From positions 1 through 42,707 of the forward strand of contig RBNJ01000086.1 in NCBI GenBank assembly GCA_003990765.1: a stretch of DNA of 42,707 nt. The letters are read 5' to 3'. Position 1 is the first letter of the stretch. The number at the start of each line of letters is the position of its first letter. This DNA comes from Jimgerdemannia flammicorona. Taxonomy: Eukaryota. Below the pieces are notes generated by a model, which ran no database searches, had not been told where the DNA came from, and worked only from the letters and a program-made list of their open reading frames with translations. Positions 35,637-42,707 of this stretch are shown here, piece by piece. The position numbers and the translations under genes are program-made.

Positions 35637-37895
35637 TCAGTATCTTGGTCCCTTGGGGTATAGTCTCTCATTCCTGATAGGCATTTCATCAGCTGAAGAT
35701 TCTATGCTCATATGCTCATCTTCTTCAAGGTCTGGCAGAGTAGAGCTGGGGGTTATCCTAGATGGTCCAGCTTCTGGTTCAGGAGTATCTCTTCTAACTT
35801 GCTTCTCCTGTTCTTGTAGAGTGTCTGAAGAAGAATGACCATGTTGTGGATGCTTGCCTGTGGATATTATTACTGGCAGTTGAGGTGGGGGGTTCCTTCG
35901 TGGTCTTCCTTGTCCTCTGGTCTCTGCAGGGGCAGCTTCCCATGTCACCTTGGATGGAAAAGCCTCGAAGTATGAGTAGATGTCATCTTCTTGACCATGG
36001 AGCCAGGCTGCTTCTTCTTCCATTTCCTGAGTCTCTTCATCTACCTGAAAGAGGTTGACATTTCTGTCATTGGACTGGGTGGATTGGTTCCTTGGACAAT
36101 TCCTCTGGATGTGGCCTTGATTTCTGCAGTTGAAGCAGGTGGGACTATAGGAACCAGTCGCTGATGAGACTATAGTTGCAGCTGGTAGTGCAGGAGCAGG
36201 ACCTCTGTTGTCTTGTTGCTAGTAGTCTGGTCTGTTATCATGATGGTAGTCTTGTTGTCTTCTTCCTTGGTTCTTCAGCTGGGCAACTGCGATGGCCAGG
36301 TCCTTCATTTGCTTGGTGAGTATTGTCATGGAGTCTTCTTGACCTCTTGATGGTGGCTGCTGCTGTGGTTGCCTGAATGGAGTCAGATTTGTGGGTGCTG
36401 GTCTGTTCTCATAGTTGGCAATCTGGGCTCTGAGGAAGGCATTCTCTTGCTCCATAGTTATTCCTTGGGTCCTTGGGGTTTCAGCTCAGATTGACTCATG
36501 ATAGCCTTGTACTTATTGTACTGGTCTATAATCTGCTTCCCAACATCCTTGTGCTCCAGCAACTTGCTGTTCAATGTTTCAATATCTCATCCTGATAACT
36601 TGCCTTTGGAGTTCTGGGTATAAGCCATTGAGGAAGGTAGTTGAAGCTAGAGCCAGTTGGACTGCTGGTTGAAGGTTCGCCTTGATCATTTGAGCTTGAA
36701 TCTGATGGTAGAAACTCTTGGGAGTTTCATTGGCAGCTTGGCTCATGTAGGTCAAAGCCTCCTGTGCTTCTTGTTGGTGCTCAAATCCATTGAACTGAGC
36801 ACGGAGCCAGGCTTTGTGAATCATGTACCTTGCTACATGGTTTCTATCAGATTGAAGGCTGTCATTCAGTTCCTCTGCATGGATTCCTCCTCCGGCTTGC
36901 TTGACTTGATTATACCTCTGTAGGGCTGGTCCTCTCAGGAGTGACTCTACAATTCTGAGTTTTCTTGCAGCATCCCATTGTTTGGCGGCTGCTTGAACTT
37001 CAATTTCTCTAAAGAATTCCTTGATATCTTCATTGTCTGCACCATGGAACTTCTGAAGGTAGCTCATGTCTGGCTTATCTTCACTATCTGAGTATTGTTC
37101 AGGGGTAGGGGATTGGCAGATCCTCAGGGTGATGGGGAAGGTAGTGGTGCTAGTACTTGATGATCTAGTGGTACTGGCAGAGGGTAGTGTCTTGGTGAGG
37201 ATGAGGGTAATCTGGCTCTTCTAATTAATGCTGGAGTTGAAGTCCTGGGTAGTGGTGGAGATCTTCTGATAGACTGGTGATAGTGGCAAGGTGTGAGTGA
37301 TCAGGGTACTGAAGTTCGAGCAACTGATGGTGGGAGTGGACTGATACATATAACTGATAGTGAGTTCATCTGCCCCTTGCTGTTGTGAAGTAGTGAGGTC
37401 TTGTTTGCCTTGTTGTGAGTCAGTGTTGCTGTCTGGATAATAGTATAGGTTGAATTCGTCCCTTTGATGGTCTGATCCCCAATCATCATCTTGCTCTGGT
37501 TGATATGGATGATAGTCCTCTTCTCCTTCTGATGTTTCAAAGTATACCCAGTCTAGTGGAGTGACTCGAGTAATAACAGTAGTTATGTAGTTACTTCTGT
37601 CTGAGTTCTTCCTATGGATAAGGGTCTGATACTCTTTGGGGATATCCTCTTCTTCTTCTTGGCCTAAGTCTTGGATCTGAAGGGGCAGTTCTGGTTGTCC
37701 TCTGAGTCGTCTCCTTTCTCTTGAAGTCAAACCATAATCTGGGTCACTTCTTTCTTCTGATTCGGTTTTCTGGCTACTGGTGTTGAGTAGGGTCCTAGCT
37801 ACTGTTCTGACAAGAGTGTGGGCTTTCTTTTCTGCTGAGGAGGGCTGTTGCTGCCCCTGGTTTGGTTGCTGACTTAGTCCTGCTAAGTTCTCCAC
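35637..37895 (-). pseudogene. gag: Gypsy gag (capsid-like region + CCHC knuckle) with a long in-frame acidic N-terminal extension
   Basis: LQKFHGADNEDIKEFF..LRGPALQRY..QAANETPKSFY..FLNGL and CFNCRNQGHIQRNC at 36137-36096. Same frame as the protease. Confidence 0.85.
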
Positions 37896-37945
37896 TGTAG
37901 ATAGCTGGGTTCTTGAGCCAAATGGTCAAGTCTTTTAAAAAACTT

Positions 37946-37962
37946 TCCCAGTTGAGCCCCCA
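37946..37962 (-). other. Primer-binding site, tRNA-Pro type
   Basis: TGGGGGCTCAACTGGGA lies 3 nt after the LTR end. It resembles the canonical tRNA-Pro PBS TGGGGGCTCGTCCGGGAT with CpG decay. Confidence 0.8.
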
Positions 37963-37965
37963 AAA

Positions 37966-40315
37966 TGTGGTGTGCGGTTTGTATCCCTAGTTCTCTTCAA
38001 GCATGGCTCAATGTGCCACTTGGTGAAGCACATGAAGGATGTGAGTGCATTCATGATGGTTACGGGTTGATAGTCACATGATCGGGTCATTCGAAACATG
38101 CAATATTTGATATTAGTGGTTGTTCGATTGTTCAATGGCTCAATATCCAGTGGAAAAGGGTGTTCCTGGCAGCAATTAACTTGGCGGCGAACTTGAATTT
38201 ATACGGCAATGATGGGCTTGGCTTTAAGTGGTTCGTGGTGCAGTAGGTCGGGAAAACAGAGGTTGACAGCTCGCTCATCTGTCTTGACTTGTTAACTTGA
38301 AAGGTTCTGGGCGGTCATTCATGTAGGCTGGCAGGTCGGTCTTTGGCAGTCTAGTATCCTTTGGCTGAGTATCCTAGGGTTTCCGGGTCTTGAATCTCGA
38401 ATGGCAGTCGAATGTGCGGTCTGAATGGTGGTCTGAATGCATGGTGGTCGTGGTCTTGAATTCCTTGGCTGGGTCTCGAGTCTCGAATGGCAGTCGAATG
38501 GCGGTCCGAATGCACGGCGGTTGTGGTCTTGAATCCTTGGCTGGGTCTCGGGTCTCGAATGGTGGTTGAATGGCGGCGGTTGGGTAATGTTTTCTTTCCG
38601 TGGTAAGAGAAAATTCTTTAACTCAAACTTCTGAGCAATCCATTGCTCTAGGTTGTTATCTTGTTCTCAGAATTTTTCTGGTCTCTTGGAGGCAGTGGTT
38701 TCTTTGTAAACTAGAACTGACTGAGGTTTATTCACTCTAAGAATATGGGTTATTTATACAAGTTTGCTAGCTATGGATGCGGCTAAGGTATACTACATTG
38801 TGGCAAACATTTGCTATGCTATTGGCTTGCATGATGCAAGGTGCAGGCTATTGTTTACTATGGATTGGGTTGTAGGGGATAGCAACACTGGATTTGGATG
38901 AGCAGACATAAATGCTGATTATTGCCAGAAATGGTTGTGGAGGGTGGCAATGCTGAAAACAGGTGTTGCTGACTTGCTGACAAATGTGGGATCACTGAAT
39001 TGAGATAGGGCGAGTGCCAGTGCTGGATTCGGTTGTTGGAGGTGGTATCACTGGAAACAGATGTTACTGACTTGCTGACAAACGATGGCTAACCGGACTG
39101 AGGAAGTGGACATTGGATCACTGAATGGTAAAGTACCCTTTGTCAATGAACCAATCATCTTGCTGGGTTGTGATCTCTTTATTCCATTCTTCAAAGGGTG
39201 GGAGCGCCAGCCAGGAGGTGAGGGGGTAGAAAAGTGGCCAGTCATCTTCAACAACATTCTCCAACCCTTGAACAGCTTGAATGCGGACAGAGGACTGGTA
39301 GACTCTCTGTTGCTCCTCTTCTTCTTCTGAAGACTCATCAGTTTCAGTGTCAGAGGGAGTTTCTTCAGAGGCAGGGTCTTGGGGTTCTTGGACTTCCTCT
39401 TCAAAGACAGGGACCTCTTGGGCTTCTTCTTGATTCGGTTCCCAAATGATGAGATATGAATTGTGGCTGGCAGGGTGGTGGGTGGTTGGGGTAGCTCCAA
39501 CGGGTGCTTCTATGGTAATAGGCGGTCCTTCAAATATCTCCATAAGACTCATTAGGTGACCTTGATGATTGTCTCGGAGTGGGGTAGTGTGGAAACCTGG
39601 CTGAGTAGGTTCGGTTTGTTGGCTTCCTATGGTGACACTGTTGCTGCCAATAGAGTTGGCTACTTCAGATTCTATCCAGTCAGCATCTTCGGTTGAAAGG
39701 CAGGAGAGGCTACCAGCTGTTACTCCTTGCAAGTATGCTATGGCCCAGGGAATATGGCAGAAGATTTGGTGGACACAGAGGGCTCTCTTGATTAGCCAGC
39801 TGGTGGTTAACAATTTGGTAATGAGGTCTTCCCGGTCGTCTTCTTGAGTCTCATTGCGAAGGTGGTGTCTGATTTTGTAGTCATGCCAGAGGGTCATTTA
39901 TTCGGTAGTGTCTTTAAGCTGTTGGGTCATTATATACCAGTAGTTGATGAAGTGTCCAAGGTCCTCGGTGTAGAAGTTCAAGTGTTCAGAAGTATCTGGG
40001 TGCTAGATGACCTTCTTGATAGCTTCAAAGATCAGGGTCTTTGGGCCAGGCAAAGGAGTAGAGTGGCAGGAGGTCTGGTTGGATCGGCGAATGGGAGACA
40101 TTGTGTGGTGGATACTTGGTTCTTTGGTGCTGATCCCTGAGGCAGAGTATGGTTCCTTAAATAATGGTCTTCATTTTAGCTCAGATCATCTTATCTTCTT
40201 TTGGCGAAATCACTTGACGGATTGGGCTGGTCACCAGTTATCATGCTATAATGTCGTCTGATCTTGTGGTCGCAGAATACTCCGAATTTGGATAGGGTTG
40301 ATTGTAGATGTCACA
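37966..40315 (-). repeat. 5' LTR of the Gypsy element (2350 bp)
   Basis: Direct repeat of 27736-30085, adjacent to the PBS. Confidence 0.95.
39118..40101 (-). pseudogene. LTR-embedded accessory ORF, family 1, 5' LTR copy
   Basis: ATG at 40101. Stops near 40004 and at 39898-39900 are sense codons in the 3' LTR. The remaining 259 codons are open. Confidence 0.85.
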
Positions 40316-41372
40316 GTATATATTTCAAGTAAGTGAATTCACAAAGATCAGATATCTAAGAAATCTCTATACAATAGATCACTTTTGTAGTCATTTCTAT
40401 ATCAAACACTCTATAATTTCTCATATCTTTATTAACCTTCTCTGGAGTCAGCAATTCTGCCATATGTTACCTTTAAATTTTCAAATTTACTTGTTTATTT
40501 TTCATTTATAGGTATTTCTATCTATACCACAGAGCATAAAAAATTAATATATCTCTACATTTTGATATTTTGTCATCAATATTCAACTATATATAAATTT
40601 TTTTAGGAAATACTTTCAGGGCTCTCTTAATATTGTGAAAATAACAAAAGCAGATTTAAACAATCAGAGTTTCTGATTATTCAGATAATCTATAAATATT
40701 GGATTATTTTCAAATATGATAGGTTGCTTTGCAATATGATAGATCTGACTTTTTCAGACTAAGGCCCTTTATTTATCAAAGACAAAATATTTTTATATGA
40801 ACAAATGTACTTTGCAGTTAAAATTGACTGCTCAAACTCAAATACTAGTAAAGGAGGCCAGATATATATAGCTCTCAGAAACAGTTAGGTCATCATTTTG
40901 TTTTTATATGTAGCTAACTAAAATAAAGGCATATTGAGCAAACTCATCTGGTCTATATATTTACTATAATTATATTACACTCTATTACTAGAAAGGTAAA
41001 AAAGTAGAGAAAGGAGAACTCAATGAGTTTTCAATATAAAGCAATTTTGAGAAGCCATACTATTCTGAAGATTAATCATTATATATCATATGAATAATTT
41101 CGGATCTCATTGTAATGATAGAAGCACTTTAATTCTATGAGAAGCTAAAAAATCCTAGAGTACAACAGGAGAGATTAATAGAAGATATCCAAGTCATCAA
41201 CAATATTAAGGATAGTATACTAACTCTGTTATATCAAAGAGCATACCAATAAATATAGTTTTTTTATAAAGATTGACTATATGACAGATCTCAAGGATAA
41301 TAGAGAATGGTGAATACTAGAGTAGGTTGGAATGTGTGCTGTTTGTATGGACATAGTGGGTTATATATTATG

Positions 41373-42241
41373 ATAGTTGATCTAAATCAGGAATATAAAT
41401 CAGGAGAATAGATATTTAATTATAATATCTGAATCTGATTTCCAAATATAGTATAGCTTATAAATAGCAGTCACATTTCACAAATATTAAAGTTTTCACA
41501 AATGTCAAGATTTTACAGATATTAAAGTTTTGACAATCATCAAAGATTTAATAGATATCAAGGATTTTTATAAAAAGTGACTTATAGAAAACATAGTTAT
41601 AACTTAGCCACCTTATAGCTAGCAATTTATATAAATATCTCCAGTATTTAGAGTGAATAAAACCTTAGATTTAAATAGTTCAAAGTAAAGAGAAAGTAAG
41701 AAGAACTAGTAAGTCTGTAGATAGATATACTTCAAACTCACTCATTCTTATATCCTGAGGACTCTATAGAGTCAAAGAAGATTAAGTTTTCAAGATACAG
41801 AAATCTGATGTACTTACCCAGTTATATATCTACTATATTACAACTTAGTACCTATTGACTGGTAATTTAAGACAAATTACCTATTTAGGAGAAAGTTATA
41901 ATAGTTGATCTAAATCAGAAATATGAATCAGAAGAATAGACATTTGATTACAGTACCTAAATTTGATTTCCAAATATAGTATAGCCTTACAAATAGCAGT
42001 CACTTTTACAAGTATTAATTCTTGATATCTGTTAAATCTTTAATGATCATCAAAACTTTAATATCTATGAAATCTTAATATTTGTAAAAACTTTAATATT
42101 TGTAAAATATAACTGCTATTTGTAAGACTATACTATATTTGGGAATCAGATTCAGGTACCATGATCAAATATCTATTCTTCTAATTCATATTCCTAATTT
42201 GGATCAACCATTATAACTTCTTTCTAAATAGGTGATTTGTC
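41373..42241. mobile_element. Foldback/MITE-like element with long inverted arms
   Basis: 41373-41566 and 41902-42018 are direct copies, and 42019-42212 is their inverted copy. The flanks 41871-41900 and 42212-42241 are also mutually inverted. Confidence 0.65.
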
Positions 42242-42599
42242 TCTAAAATATCCTATTCACTCAAACTCCTAAGCTTTTACCAGTTGTATCTCCTTATACT
42301 ATGTAATTTGTATCATTAAATTCTTCTAGTAGTATCTTTTAATATATCTAAAGCCTATATAGTGACTAATTAGAAAAAGAAGAAAAAAGTTAGATAGATT
42401 AGTAAAGAAGAATAATACAAAAGAATTATTAAAGGATATATACTACATGGAATCTGCCCTCATAGAATCAAGATATATTATATGAAATATATTGATTATT
42501 ACTACTAGTATATCAGCAGAATTAAGAAAATCTACTATAAAAGAAGACAGAAGGCCCTCAAGAAACAGATAAGATAAGAAAAGGAGCAGAAAGAGAATG

Positions 42600-42707
42600 A
42601 TGAACCAGTCCCTAGGGGAATTGGGTAGGGGTGGGGCACTGTGTATTATATAGAAGCTAAACAGATGTATGGGTTTAATAAAGGATGAAGTCTAAGTAAC
42701 TATAAAA
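42600..42707 (+). mobile_element. 3' end of a LINE related to 13313-17419
   Basis: CCCTAGGGGAATTGGGTAGGGGGTGGG..AATAAAGGATGAAGTCTAAGTAACTATAAAA matches the reverse complement of 13335-13420. Poly(A) starts at the window edge. The 5' boundary is unresolved. Confidence 0.75.

Larger units (their letters stand above)
27736..40315 (-). mobile_element. Full-length Ty3/Gypsy LTR retrotransposon, 12580 bp, with 2350-bp LTRs; inactivated by transitions
   Basis: Equal-length direct LTRs with TG..CA ends, a PBS, a PPT and gag-PR-(extra domains)-RT-RH-IN order. Flanks ATAT/GTAT fit a 4-bp TSD with one transition. Confidence 0.96.

Overview
Eukaryotic, intron-containing DNA, almost certainly fungal; early-diverging Mucoromycota-like is an inference only. 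The first ~11 kb is CpG-rich gene space. It holds the 3' end of an LTR (1-679), a five-exon LodB/GoxB-like flavoprotein pseudogene (3085-4584), an intronless 259-aa ORF with a BTB-like N-terminus, and an intact seven-exon secreted type-B carboxylesterase/lipase on the minus strand. The rest is a CpG-depleted nest of transposons: two solo LTRs of one family, an L1/Tx1-like LINE, three hAT-type MITEs with 8-bp TSDs, a decayed Gypsy, a decayed Copia, a full-length 12.58-kb Gypsy, a foldback element and a second LINE 3' end. The most unusual feature is that two different LTR families each carry, inside U3 of the LTR, a homologous ~265-330-aa gene of unknown function flanked by two TATA-like boxes, so a solo LTR retains a whole gene cassette. 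The full-length Gypsy also has extra in-frame modules between protease and RT: a Cys/His-rich segment, an F-box-like motif, a five-motif dUTPase and a second degenerate dUTPase-like fold. All calls come from reading the sequence by eye; no searches were run.
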